Shown here in pieces: positions 12,727 through 25,600 of a stretch of DNA of 64,000 nucleotides. Under the pieces are notes generated by a model. It was not told the origin of the DNA. It did not search any database and saw only the letters and a program-made list of their open reading frames with translations. Numbering within the stretch: the stretch's first letter is position 1; every line of letters starts with the position of its first letter. The DNA comes from Candidatus Multivorans sp. GTDB taxonomy: Bacteria; Acidobacteriota; Thermoanaerobaculia; Multivoradales; Multivoraceae. A program made the position numbers and the translations under genes. The stretch covers positions 4,064,001-4,128,000 of the forward strand of contig OZ251997.1 of assembly GCA_965247095.1 (NCBI GenBank). The letters run 5' to 3'.

Positions 12727-13758
12727 TCACCCAGCGACTCGCCTCAGCTGTTCGAGAAAGTAGGTCGTGTCCAACTGATAGTTGGGGTACGCGCGCTGTA
12801 CGGCTTGAATGGAATCCGCTGAGACCAAGACAGCCTCCGCTCCGTCGATACCACCGGCGTCTCTCTCGGCAGCCAAGTATTCCCTAGCTATCTTGAGCTG
12901 CTGACCGGGCCTATAGCTGCGGATAGTCAGTTTGCGAAGGTCCGGGCGCCGTTCCAGCAAGAAGAACTTCAGTCTCTTGGCCGAGCTGAGAGGAGCAATC
13001 ACCTTAATCAAGTCTCGGTATTCCTTGAGACGTGAAGCCGCGTCCAATCGTCGGGAATACTTCTGTATCTCCTTCCGCAGCGCCTCATCTTCGGTCGGTG
13101 TACCGGGTACAGTTGCGCACCCCTCCTCCAAGGCAAACGCAGCGCTTACAAGTGCGAAGAACCTAAGCCAGTCTTTCTCTCCTTCACTGGACTTCAAGGC
13201 CTGGCCAAGAAAAGCACCGGCCGTTTCAACGGCGGTCGCCCATGCGTGCTGACGACGAGTCCGCAGTTGAATCTCGATAAGGTGGCCGTTGTACGTCATC
13301 TTTCTTGCGCTGTGGTATCGGTAGACTAGATGAAGACTCCTGTACCCCGACATCTTGGGAGAGTCGATGTAGTTCTTATCGTTCATGAACCGGTGTCTTG
13401 TCCGCGGCCCGAGATATGCCTCATGCAGTTTCCTGACCTGCCCGACTGTAGTCACTACTGCCCGGCAGCCGCCGATATCCTGCATCTGGGATAGCTTCAT
13501 GGTTGGTAGTCTAGCCAGTTTCTGGATGGCGGAAGGTAGGCGCTTCAGTCGCTGGGACACGACCGCGACTGCGCAGACCTTGGTGGCCTTTGCCCGGAGG
13601 CCGTTCTGGAACGTGTTGAGCGGGAAGGCGTGGGAAGACCGCCAGTTTGCGAAGATCTCGAGGTCTTCCTCAGGAAGTGGACGTGGGGCAGCGGCTACCA
13701 AGGCACTTCCTGCCCGGTCAACACGGCCCTTGGTGTATTCAGGCTCGATCCATTGCAC
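12727..13758 (-). CDS. RelA/SpoT synthetase-domain protein, fused CapRel-like toxin-antitoxin
   Basis: SAS motifs QRLKR, MQDIGGCR, GYRSLH, IEIQLRT..QHAWATAVE; C-terminal domain ending AYPNYQLDTTYF (YXXY motif of fused CapRel). AT-richer codon usage than the flanks. Confidence 0.8.
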   Translation of the reverse strand: MQWIEPEYTKGRVDRAGSALVAAAPRPLPEEDLEIFANWRSSHAFPLNTFQNGLRAKATKVCAVAVVSQRLKRLPSAIQKLARLPTMKLSQMQDIGGCRAVVTTVGQVRKLHEAYLGPRTRHRFMNDKNYIDSPKMSGYRSLHLVYRYHSARKMTYNGHLIEIQLRTRRQHAWATAVETAGAFLGQALKSSEGEKDWLRFFALVSAAFALEEGCATVPGTPTEDEALRKEIQKYSRRLDAASRLKEYRDLIKVIAPLSSAKRLKFFLLERRPDLRKLTIRSYRPGQQLKIAREYLAAERDAGGIDGAEAVLVSADSIQAVQRAYPNYQLDTTYFLEQLRRVAG

Positions 13759-13925
13759 TAGATGAACTCCCCCTCCCGAGGAGACAGCAGTTAGCCGGGT
13801 CGTGGCTCAGGACGGTAGATGGTACCTCGTGCTAGCACTTGGCGGTCGGCACACTAGACGGCTGCGTCCGACATTGTCAGCATTCGCTTTCTCCGGCGAG
13901 CCGCCGCATCAACTGCGGGTGCCGG

Positions 13926-14739
13926 TCAGGGTGTGTCCTCTTCCTCCTCATCCACTTTGCGAATGGGAAGGTCAAGCAGGCGGGCGATCGCCTCCAGAAA
14001 AGTGAGATTTGTCAGGAACCACTCCTTTCCTGTGCCCTTCGGTCGCCGTTGTTGAATGTGCCCCGCGGCCTCTAGATGCTCATGGAAGCTCCTCTCGACT
14101 TCACGGGCGCTGTCTTTCGCCGTCTCGTAGACCCTGAAGAGAACCGCAGGCTCCGGGAGTGCCGTTTGAGTCGATTGCTGGCGGAATCTTCGAATGACGT
14201 CATCATCCGACTTGCCCACCTTGTAGTAGGTGCGGTCGTTCGTCACGCTGTCATCGTCTTCGCGTGTGGCAGGGAGTACTGGGCGGCGCCGGTAGTGCGG
14301 GAGTGAATAAACGTAGATTCCAGTTGTGTCCCGTTTCTCGGCAGTCGCAGTCCGTTGCTGAGGGGACCGGTCTTCAGCGTCGACGCCCTGGCGATCGTAT
14401 GACCTGTTCTCACAATCTTCTGCGCGGCGGTGGAGGATCTCTCGCGTCGTGTCGTCCAGACTGGTTCTTTCTCGCGAAGTTCCTCAGTGCAGAGGCTGCT
14501 TGGGCGGCCAGTGAGGGGCCTGAAGGTACGGTGCCGAAGAGTCTGGCGTCGATGACGGCCCAGTAGTTGTGTGCTTGTTGACGCATTGTCGTCGCGATCT
14601 CTTTGCGTTGAAGACTGTCCTTACGTAGCGCCCACAGTTTTCCGAGATTGTTGGCGTTTTGGTCCAGTGCTTCCGTCACTTCGGACACATAGGTGGACTC
14701 CCGGTCGACGGGCGTGTTGACTTGTTCATTACTCTCCAT
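13926..14739 (-). pseudogene. Frameshifted GIY-YIG superfamily (T5orf172-like) protein
   Basis: 5' part MESNEQ...AASALRNFARKNQ (from 14739) continues in another frame near 14460 as LDDTTREILHRRAE...TTGIYVYSLPHY...TYYKVGKS..RRF...ERSFHEHL..GH..GKEWF, stop at 13926. Confidence 0.7.
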
Positions 14740-14902
14740 GGCAGTGGTCTCTCGTGTTCAGGTGGCGACGACTCGGTACGCCGGTGACGGGGGAGACGAG
14801 TAGTTGAGTGTCTGGCGTTTTCCGCGCAGGGAAAGACAGGGATCCGTGAGAAAATCTCCATCGGCTTAGGGTCGTCCTAGATGGGACAGTTCGTCTTGGG
14901 GC

Positions 14903-16153
14903 TTAGACCACCTCCGCGTCATGCCCGCACCACACCAGCCCGGACACCAGCTTCGGTAGAAACCGGGTCGATTTGGGCGGCAGCAGATCGCCGTCTTCGG
15001 TGGCGAGGGCGAACTGCTTCGGCGTCATCGGCGGCAGGAAGACGCCGACGCTGATCTCGGAGCGCCTGAGCAGGGCGATGATGTCGTTCGGGTCGGCCTC
15101 GTAGGCGATGCTGCCGTCGGTGGCGGCCTGAAACGGCACGCCGGCGGTCTGCAGCAGGTGGTGGTGGAGCAGAACGGCTGGGAGAGCCGCCTTGCGGCCC
15201 GGCGTGTCGGCCGGGGCGGCCTCCGGGTCGAGGGTCCAGAGTTCAGGAGCCTCGTCGCCCTGGAACCAGACCGCCAGCGCAGGCTGGGGCGCGGCAGCGA
15301 CGCGGGCGGCGATGGCGGCGCCGCCGGTCTCCTGGAGCGGTTCGCGCCGCGCCGGCAGGGCGGACATCGCGTCGCGGTCCACCGCGACGCGGATGCCGCG
15401 GTGGACGGGGTCGATCCGGAGGTTCGCGGAGGCCAGGCTGGTGAGCACCACCATCTTGCAGGCCGCCGCGGTGCCGCCCGCCGCGCCCTCTTGGGCGGCG
15501 TAGGTCTGGGCCACGTGGGTGCGGTGGTGGCCGTCGGCGATCGCGGCGCGGGCGTCTGCGAGTGCCGCAGCGTAGGCACCGATCCGCTCGGGGTCCGTGA
15601 TCCGGAAGAGGCTGTGGACATCGCCGGTCCAGGGATCGGTGTGGCTGACCAGGGCGGCGCCGGCGGCGCCTCCGCAATCGGAGGCGAGCAGGCGTTCGAG
15701 GGCGCCGTTGTCTTCGGCGAGGTAGAACACGGGCTCGATGTCGATCTGCGTGAGCCGCAGCAGGGCCAGACGCTCGGCGATCGATTTTGCCACCGTTTGC
15801 TCGTGCGGCCAGAGGTCCCCCTCGCGTCCCGGTTCGACGCCGACCAGGGCGCACAGGCCGAGACGGCTCGAGCCGTCGGGCTGGGTGATCGCGTACGGGT
15901 AGAGCGAGGGGGTCTCGTCGCGCGCGACGACGCCGCGCTCGAGCCACTCGCGGTGGAGCGCCGCGGATTGCTCGTGCGGACTCCGGCCGTCCTGAGCGAC
16001 GGGCTTGGTCACCTGCGCGAACTGGTGCGGCGACTGCGCGTGCAGGCGGTCGCGCAGGGACTCGTCGATCTGGTCGAAGGGCGGCGCCGCCTGGGCGGCG
16101 GCATCGAGCTTGGCGGAGTTGTAACGGTAGCCCTGGAAGGCGTAGAGCTTCAT
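14903..16153 (-). CDS. DUF1015 family protein
   Basis: APPFDQI, PHEQT, IADGHHR, LLPPKSTRFLPKLVSGL. Confidence 0.88.
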   Translation of the reverse strand: MKLYAFQGYRYNSAKLDAAAQAAPPFDQIDESLRDRLHAQSPHQFAQVTKPVAQDGRSPHEQSAALHREWLERGVVARDETPSLYPYAITQPDGSSRLGLCALVGVEPGREGDLWPHEQTVAKSIAERLALLRLTQIDIEPVFYLAEDNGALERLLASDCGGAAGAALVSHTDPWTGDVHSLFRITDPERIGAYAAALADARAAIADGHHRTHVAQTYAAQEGAAGGTAAACKMVVLTSLASANLRIDPVHRGIRVAVDRDAMSALPARREPLQETGGAAIAARVAAAPQPALAVWFQGDEAPELWTLDPEAAPADTPGRKAALPAVLLHHHLLQTAGVPFQAATDGSIAYEADPNDIIALLRRSEISVGVFLPPMTPKQFALATEDGDLLPPKSTRFLPKLVSGLVWCGHDAEVV

Positions 16154-16203
16154 GTCGGCTCCTGGTGTGGGGTTGGAGTCGGGAGTGGGAGGACGGTGCT
16201 TCT

Positions 16204-18861
<2,658 letters not shown>

Positions 18862-18899
18862 ATCGTCTAAATACTCCTGTTTCGTTCAGGGGGCTTTGC

Positions 18900-19886
18900 T
18901 CAGCGCTCTCCGCCGCCGGTCCCGGAGGCGTCGCCGGACGGCTCGAAGTCGGAGGTCTCACGGAGCTGCTCGAACAGTGCCTTCTCCTCCGCGGTGAGCC
19001 GCTTGGGGACGACGACCTGAACTTCGGCCAGCAGATCGCCGTCCGGGCCCTTGGGATCGGGCAGTCCGCGGCCGCGCAGGCGCATCTTCCGACCGGTCGA
19101 CGAGCCGGGCGGAAGCTGTGCCTCCGCGTGCCCGCCGAGGGTCGGAATCCGCACCTTGCCGCCCAGCGCGGCGGTCCAGGGCGCCACCGGCACGTCGCAG
19201 TGAAGGTCGCGCCCGCGGCGGCGAAAGATCGGGTGGGGCAGGGCTTCGACCTTGAGCAGCAGATCGCCGTCGGGCGCGCCCATGCCCTTGCCGCCCTGGC
19301 CGCTGAGTCGGATCGACTGGCCGGGAAGCACGCCCGTCGGAATCTGCACCTGGAGGTTCCGGGTCCGGCCGGTCGAACGGTCGAGGAACTCGATCGCTTG
19401 TGGACCGCCTTCGGCCAGGTTCTCGAGGCTGAGCGGTAAAGCGACCTCGTGGTTCCGGCCGCGGCGGGGCCGGGTCCAGCTTCCCTGCCGGCCCCCGCCG
19501 GGGAAGCCCTGCGGGCCGGCGCCTCCGAACAGCATGTCGAAGAAGGAGCTGAAGCCGGAGGCGTCGCCGGGGTCCCGGGCGCTGCCGAAGTCGAAACGCT
19601 CGTCGCCGCCGACGTTGAAGTGGAATCCCTCCCAGCCGGGCGGGGGAGCGTCCCCGGTCTGTACTCGTTGCCAGGCGGCGCCGTACTGGTCGTACTTGCT
19701 CCGCTTGTCCTGGTCCTTGAGCACTTCGTAGGCCTCGCCGATGTCCTTGAAGCGGGCCTCGGCGCCCGGGTCCTTGTTCACGTCCGGGTGGAACTGGCGA
19801 GCCAGCTTGCGGTAGACGCGCCGGATCTCCGCCGCGGAGGCGTCCTTGGCGACCCCCAGCGTCTTGTAGTAGTCCTTGTATTCCAC
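18900..19886 (-). CDS. Class B DnaJ co-chaperone (CbpA-like, no zinc finger)
   Basis: DYYKTLGV, HPD, G/F-rich region FSSFFDMLFGG, DnaJ C-terminal domain; GTG start at 19886. Confidence 0.9.
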   Translation of the reverse strand: MEYKDYYKTLGVAKDASAAEIRRVYRKLARQFHPDVNKDPGAEARFKDIGEAYEVLKDQDKRSKYDQYGAAWQRVQTGDAPPPGWEGFHFNVGGDERFDFGSARDPGDASGFSSFFDMLFGGAGPQGFPGGGRQGSWTRPRRGRNHEVALPLSLENLAEGGPQAIEFLDRSTGRTRNLQVQIPTGVLPGQSIRLSGQGGKGMGAPDGDLLLKVEALPHPIFRRRGRDLHCDVPVAPWTAALGGKVRIPTLGGHAEAQLPPGSSTGRKMRLRGRGLPDPKGPDGDLLAEVQVVVPKRLTAEEKALFEQLRETSDFEPSGDASGTGGGER

Positions 19887-19937
19887 CCGTTCTCCGTTTC
19901 GTGGGTCTGAGCACCAACGACCCAAGTTGGGCACATA

Positions 19938-19958
19938 GTTTAGTCCATCACACTCAAC
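19938..19958 (-). promoter_or_regulatory. HAIR-like inverted repeat (putative HspR-type operator) upstream of dnaJ-clpB
   Basis: Minus strand reads GTTGAGT-gtgatgg-ACTAAAC versus HAIR consensus CTTGAGT-N7-ACTCAAG, about 50 bp upstream of the dnaJ start. Confidence 0.55.
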
Positions 19959-19965
19959 CTTGGGA

Positions 19966-20175
19966 ACCCGGGTGGCGCGATCGGCGCCACCCGTGAACCA
20001 GTCCGCGCGCCCGTCATCGGGCGCATGGATGACACCCGGGTGGCGCGATCGGCGCCACCCGTGAACCAGTCCGCGCGCCCGTCATCGGGCGCATGGATGA
20101 CACCCGGGTGGCGCGATCCGCGCCATCCGTGAACCAGTCCGTGCGCCCGTCATCGGGCGCGCGGATGGCACCCGG
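19966..20175. repeat. Tandem array of three 68 bp double-hairpin REP-like units
   Basis: Units start at 19966, 20034 and 20102. Units 1 and 2 are identical and unit 3 has a few substitutions. Each carries GGGTGGCGC..GCGCCACCC and GCGCCCG-TCAT-CGGGCGC hairpins. Confidence 0.92.
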
Positions 20176-20210
20176 CGAGGGTTCCGGCTGGTGGACCGCA
20201 GATACACGAA

Positions 20211-20232
20211 GGGCGCGACTCGCGTCGCGCCC
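20211..20232 (-). terminator. Hairpin, probable terminator after the ferredoxin gene
   Basis: GGGCGCGAC-TCGC-GTCGCGCCC perfect 9 bp stem 30 bp downstream of the stop; U-tract is weak. Confidence 0.5.
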
Positions 20233-20261
20233 CGGATTTCGCTTGAACGCTGGTCAGTTCG

Positions 20262-20519
20262 TCAAGGCGGGTCGAAGCCGAACATCGTGTAGTTCAGCGC
20301 GATGTACTTGTCCTGACCCTCGGGGACCTCCTCGAGCGGCAGGATCGCCTGCACCGGGCAGGCGTCGACGCACAGGCCGCAGTCGATGCACTCCTCAGGG
20401 TGGATGTAGAGCATGTCCCAGTCTTCCTCGTCCTTGCCATAGATGCAGTCGACAGGGCAGACATCGACGCACGACTTGTCTTTCACGCCGATGCAGGGTT
20501 CAAAGATGATGTGGGTCAT
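20262..20519 (-). CDS. Dicluster (7Fe/8Fe-type) ferredoxin
   Basis: CIGVKDKSCVDVCPVDC and CIDCGLCVDACP; GAGG RBS. Confidence 0.92.
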   Translation of the reverse strand: MTHIIFEPCIGVKDKSCVDVCPVDCIYGKDEEDWDMLYIHPEECIDCGLCVDACPVQAILPLEEVPEGQDKYIALNYTMFGFDPP

Positions 20520-20612
20520 CGGACTCTTCCTCAGGCGGGCCGGTGAGTGCCGGACTATCGAGTTTCCGGCGGACTCAGAGTGCGGGAGACAGTAGCAGAG
20601 TCGCCGTCAGGT

Positions 20613-20690
20613 GAGAACCTGGGTGGCGTCATCCGCGCCACCCCGTGAACCAGTTCGTGCGTCCGTCCCCGTACACGCGGATGGAACCGG
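20613..20690. repeat. Degenerate copy of the 68 bp REP-like unit
   Basis: GAACCTGGGTGGCGTCATCCGCGCCACCCCGTGAACCAGTTCGTGCG...CGCGGATGGAACC aligns with the units at 19966-20175. Confidence 0.7.
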
Positions 20691-20704
20691 CTCCGGGGTG
20701 GTCG

Positions 20705-22657
20705 TCACTCTCTCAGCGTCGCCGCGTGCAGGCGCGCTCGCATGGCGATGAGATGGCCTCTTGCGGCCGAGTCGAGGGCTTCGAAAGCGGCCCGGGCCCG
20801 TGGCCTGTACCCTTCCTGCCCGTCGTTGGCCAGCTCCAGGAGGGCCAGGGCGAGTGTGTACTGGACTGCTTCCTGACCGGCATCGCCGCGCTCGGAAGTA
20901 TCCAGCGCGCTCAGGCGCCGGACGGCCTCCGCTGCGTCGCCGCTGCCGAGCAGCAGGGTCGCCAGGTTGAGTTCGAGGAACCAGTGCGGGATGTCGCCGG
21001 CAAGTTCGATCTCGCGCAGCAGCGAGGCGGCGGTGGCGGCAGGCAGCAGTTCCGGGTCGAAGATGTCGATCTGGGTCCAGGCCCATTCCGGCTCGACGGT
21101 CCGAACGGTTGTGCCGCCATCGCCGTCGCGCGTCTCCAGCTCGATCGTTTCACCGGACCTGAGTTCTCGGAGAGTTGACGCCAGCAGCTCGCTGGTGGCC
21201 GGCTGACCGTCAATGGCGACCACCTCCGCGCCCGGGTCGAGGCCGGCCGCTTGTGCCGGCCCGTCGGGTTCGACGGTGGCAACGATGAGCGCCTCTACCG
21301 CCAGGGAGTCGATCAGCGAGGCGCCGACTCGGGGCTCTCTGCCGCCCAGGTCAGGGCGCAGCGCGCGGGCGAGACGCCGGAGTGCACCGTCTTGAAGTCG
21401 TCCGTTCCTGATCGGGACGGTTCGAACGTCGGGCCGCGCGGGGCCGGGGACGGCGGACCACCACCACAGGTCGACGGCAGTGGCTACCAGTTCGTCGTTC
21501 AGAATGGCGGCGAAGTAGAGGCTTGCGGGGAGCTGCGCCTGGACCTGCTGCTGAATCGCCGTCCAGTCGAGTTCCAGTCTCGCCGCCGGTGCTCGGTCGC
21601 GCAGCGCCGCGATGTCGGCGCCCAGGTCGCGGAACAGGCTGGCGCCTTCATCGGCACGATTCAGCACGGTGTAGATGTTCTGCTCTCGGAGGAACTCGAC
21701 CCCTGAGATCACCGCTTTCCGGCCGGCAGCGTCGCCACCGAAGACGCCCAGGAAGGCGAGGGCGGGACGCAACTCGATCTCGACCTCGGCCCGGTTGTGG
21801 TCGTCGACCACAACCGATGTTTCGAAGTAGCCGTGGGCGCCTCGTGTCACCGTCAGTTGGTAGGTGCCCGGCGGCACGACGACTTGAGGCGGCCACCTTT
21901 GATGGTCTGGCTGCAGCGCGCGGCCGTTGCCCAGGACACTCGCGTCTTCGGGCAGGCCCTTCAGACCGATGACCGCTTGCTCGGGCTCCAGCACGATGGG
22001 AGGGATCTCCGTGTCGCTCAGGCCGCGTGTACTTAGGTCGGTGCGATGGCTGCGGAAGCCCTCCTTCCGGACCTCGAGTCGGTAGGGACCGGGCGCAAGA
22101 TCGGCGATGAGCAGTTCCCGCGAGAAGTCCCTTGGCAGCAAACCTGCCACCGCACCCCGCGGAACGAAGCCGGGCTCCGCGGTGCCTCTCGTCCGGTCGC
22201 GTTCGTAGCCGTCGATCAGAACGGCGGCGTCACTCGGCGCGGTGCGAAGGCGTAGTGTGGCGCTCTCCCGTTTGAGGCTGACGGTGACCTCGATCTCTTC
22301 GCCGGCGGTGACCGTGAACCCGGCCAGGGTCGGCCGGTAGCCGGGACGGGACACCTCGGCGACGTAGTCGCCGGCCCGGAACGCGAGAGGTCCGTGGAAC
22401 TCGCGCCGGTCAACGCGGATCGTTGCGTCGTTGGGGGAAACGAAGAAGGAGACGTGCCCGAAGACTTCGCTCAGGTCTTCCGACGGGAGTTGTTCCGCTT
22501 CTTCGGCCGCGGCATCGTCTGCACCGGAGCCCGGCGGCGGGGCGGGTTGCGCAGCGGTGCCCGGGGCGTTCCAGAAGAGCGGCACAACCAGCAGGGTTGC
22601 GATCGCCGGTCGCGCGGCGAACAGGAGCCGGCGGGAGATTCTGTGTGCGGTCGTCAC
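20705..22657 (-). CDS. Secreted PEGA-repeat + PDZ + C-terminal helical/TPR-like protein (paralog 3)
   Basis: Signal peptide; PEGA-like repeats (PSDAAVLIDG..GPYRLEVRKEGF); PDZ (VATVEPDGPAQAAGL..GAEVVAIDG). Collinear with the two upstream paralogs. Confidence 0.78.
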   Translation of the reverse strand: MTTAHRISRRLLFAARPAIATLLVVPLFWNAPGTAAQPAPPPGSGADDAAAEEAEQLPSEDLSEVFGHVSFFVSPNDATIRVDRREFHGPLAFRAGDYVAEVSRPGYRPTLAGFTVTAGEEIEVTVSLKRESATLRLRTAPSDAAVLIDGYERDRTRGTAEPGFVPRGAVAGLLPRDFSRELLIADLAPGPYRLEVRKEGFRSHRTDLSTRGLSDTEIPPIVLEPEQAVIGLKGLPEDASVLGNGRALQPDHQRWPPQVVVPPGTYQLTVTRGAHGYFETSVVVDDHNRAEVEIELRPALAFLGVFGGDAAGRKAVISGVEFLREQNIYTVLNRADEGASLFRDLGADIAALRDRAPAARLELDWTAIQQQVQAQLPASLYFAAILNDELVATAVDLWWWSAVPGPARPDVRTVPIRNGRLQDGALRRLARALRPDLGGREPRVGASLIDSLAVEALIVATVEPDGPAQAAGLDPGAEVVAIDGQPATSELLASTLRELRSGETIELETRDGDGGTTVRTVEPEWAWTQIDIFDPELLPAATAASLLREIELAGDIPHWFLELNLATLLLGSGDAAEAVRRLSALDTSERGDAGQEAVQYTLALALLELANDGQEGYRPRARAAFEALDSAARGHLIAMRARLHAATLRE

Positions 22658-25600
22658 GGGTAGTAGCCGCTGATGGTGCGCGCCCGATAGCCGCCCCCGA
22701 CCCGGACCTCGACCTGACGGAACGCTTCGCCGGGCCCTTCCTTGTTCGACGTGTAGGCGAGGAGGTACTGGGAGCGCAGTTCTCGTTCGATCTGGCGGTA
22801 GACGGGTTTGAGGTCCTTAGCCGCGGCAATGAAGAAGGCGCGGCCACCGGTAGCCTGAGCGATCTCCTCCAGCTTCTGTCGCAAAAATTCCTCGGTCCGG
22901 CCCACGCCCAGGCCGATGGTGTAGATGACGACCTCCGACTGTCTCGCGTACTCCAGTACATCCGCGTACTGCGCGGTGCTCGAGGTGTCCTCTCCGTCCG
23001 ACAGAAGGATCATGGCGCGGCGACCGCGGACGCCGCGGAAGTAGTAGAGACCGGTCATCAGGGCGTCATGCAGCGACGTGCTGCCGCCGGCGCGAAGGCC
23101 CCGGAGCGTGTCGACCACTGCACGGACATCTGACGTGCGGCCGGTGAGAAGATGCGGGCGTGAGGCGAACGCGACGGCGAACGAACTGTCGGTCGGCCTG
23201 ATCAGGTTGGTCAGAAACTGCGCCGCCGCGCTCCTCGCCTCGTCGAGGACATCCTCCATCGAGGCCGAGGTGTCGATCGCGACCCCGATCGTGAGAGGGA
23301 GGTCTTCGACCAACTCGAATCGCGCGATCTGCTGCCGGTTCCCGTCCTCGAAGACCGCGAAGGCCGTGTCCGTCAGGCCCGTGATGGGGCGGTTCCCCTG
23401 ATCCACGACGGTTATGTAGAGCTCAACCAGGTCCACTTCGACATGCTCGATCACAGCCGCGGAGCTGAGGATCCGGACCTCCTCGGCGCTGCTGCCGTCG
23501 TCCAGTATTGCGGTGACCGTGAGGTAGACGAGCGTGGCGTCTCCCGCTGCCGCCGGAACCTCGATTTCGGTCTGCCACGGTGGCCTCTGCAGTACTGCCT
23601 GCACCTCTTCGCCGACCCGAAACTCGACTGAGCCGATGGTCCTGTCCTTGGGAACCACAACGGACGCTCTGGCCTGGACCGCGCCACTGACGTCGATGCC
23701 CGCGGGCGGTTCTTCGACCCGCACCCGCAGGTCGCCGCGCTGCTGGTTCAGCACCAGCTCGTCCGAAGCCAGAACCTTGCCGTCGGCACCCAGGCCCTCG
23801 ACCCGGACGACCTGCTGGGTCGGGTACTTGGCCAAGCGCAACGTGGCCCAGGATTGCGGTCCAGCCTGGGTCGTCTGGACCTTGCCGTCGACCAGGAAGC
23901 GTACTGCCACGATGTCGCCGCCCGTGGTCAGGACCTCCGCGCGATACTCGCCTACGACGATCTCGTTGTCTGGCGGAATCAGGGCAAGTGAAGTCTTCGC
24001 ATGCAGGCGCGCGCGGGCCGCGATGGATGGCCCGTCGTCACTTCGCAGGCGGCTTCGTTCAGCGAACTCGAGGTCGCGGAAAGCGACCGTCGCCTGGTCC
24101 CGATACTCGGGACGCTGCTGCTCCGCGAGCTCGGTCAGGCCCAGCGCGATGAGGTATTGCACGGTGTCATGGCCCAGGCCGCCGCGCCGGGGCGCTTCGA
24201 TCATTCGCAGCCGTCGCACCGCTTCCTCGACATCGCCCCGGGCGAGCAGGATCGAGGCGAGGTCGAGTTCCAGTAGCCAGCGGGGAATGTCACCCGATCG
24301 CTTGAGTTCCCGCGTCAAGTGGGCGGCAGCAGCCGAGGTCAGGAGTTCCGGGTGAAACGGATCCTGCGTCGTCCAGCCCCAGGTGGGCTCGATACGATGC
24401 GCCGCGGGGGCGCCGTTCTCAGATTCGACCCATACTTCCAGTATGTCGTTGGGTCTGAGCGCGGCGACCGCGGCGGACCAGTCGTCCTGTTCGACATCCG
24501 GAGTGGTGCGCAGGGACGCGATCTCCATGCCCGCCTCGAGCCCCGCCTGGGCGGCCGGCGAACCGGGTTCGACGGCGGCAACTACGGGGCCGTCGAACGC
24601 CAGAGAGTCGATTACGGTGGCGCCGGTGCTTGGGGTACGGCGTGCCGTCTCGGGGCGTAGTGCACGGACAAGGCGGGTCAGGGCATCAGGATCCAGCCGG
24701 CCGTCCTGAATGGGCACGGTGCGTACGTCGGGGCGGCTCGGGCCGGGGGCGGCGGCCCACCACCAGAGATGAACCTGATCGGCGTCCTGTTCGTTGCTTG
24801 GAACCTGGCCGCCTTCGGCGGCAGTCGGCCGGAAGGCCGGCGCACCGACGGCGGCGAGATACAGCGCGGCCGGCAGTGCGTTCTCCACGCGGGCACGGAA
24901 CGCAGCCCAGTCCACTTCTTGTTCGGCCGAATCCGACCATCGCCGCAGAGCGGAGCCGTCGATACCGGACTCGCGGAACACTGTCGCGCCAGTTCGGGCG
25001 CGGGAGACCACGGTGTAGGAGCCCTCTTCCCGGAAGGCGTCGAGACCGGCGTGGACAGCCGTGGTGGCCGCCGGCTCGGAATCCAGTACGCCGAGGAACG
25101 CGAGGGCCGGGCGCAGATCGACCTCGACATCGACCCGGCGCCTGTCCTTCGCCAAGACCGAAGTCTCGAAGTAGCCACTTGTGCCCTGGGTGACCGTCAG
25201 GTCGTATCTGCCGGGTGGAAGATGGACTTCGGGGGGCGTTTTCAGGTAGTCCGGCTGGACTGGCAGGCCGTTGGCCGTGACCACCGTGTCGGTCGGCAGG
25301 CGGGGGAAGCCGATCGCCGCCAGCTCCCGCTCCAGCGCGATCGCGGGCAGGACGTAGTCTCGCAACTCCGGCAGTTGGAGCGTGGCCTCATAGGTGCGGA
25401 AGCCCGGTCGCGCGACTTCCAGTTCGAATTGCCCCGAAGGGATTCCGGCGATCCAGAACTCCCGAGAATCTTGCGCCGCATCGCTCTGGCGGCCGCGGGG
25501 CCGCTCTGCTGGACCGACAGTGCGGCCGCGCTCGATGCCGTCGATGCTGATCCTCGCGTCGGAGGGGTCGGTTCGCAGCCTGAGCACGGTGCTTGTGCGT

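Noticed and set aside
19966-20175. Possible CRISPR array
   Set aside because: The units are contiguous near-identical 68-mers with no unique spacers, no cas genes are in the window, and the unit recurs as a dispersed repeat.
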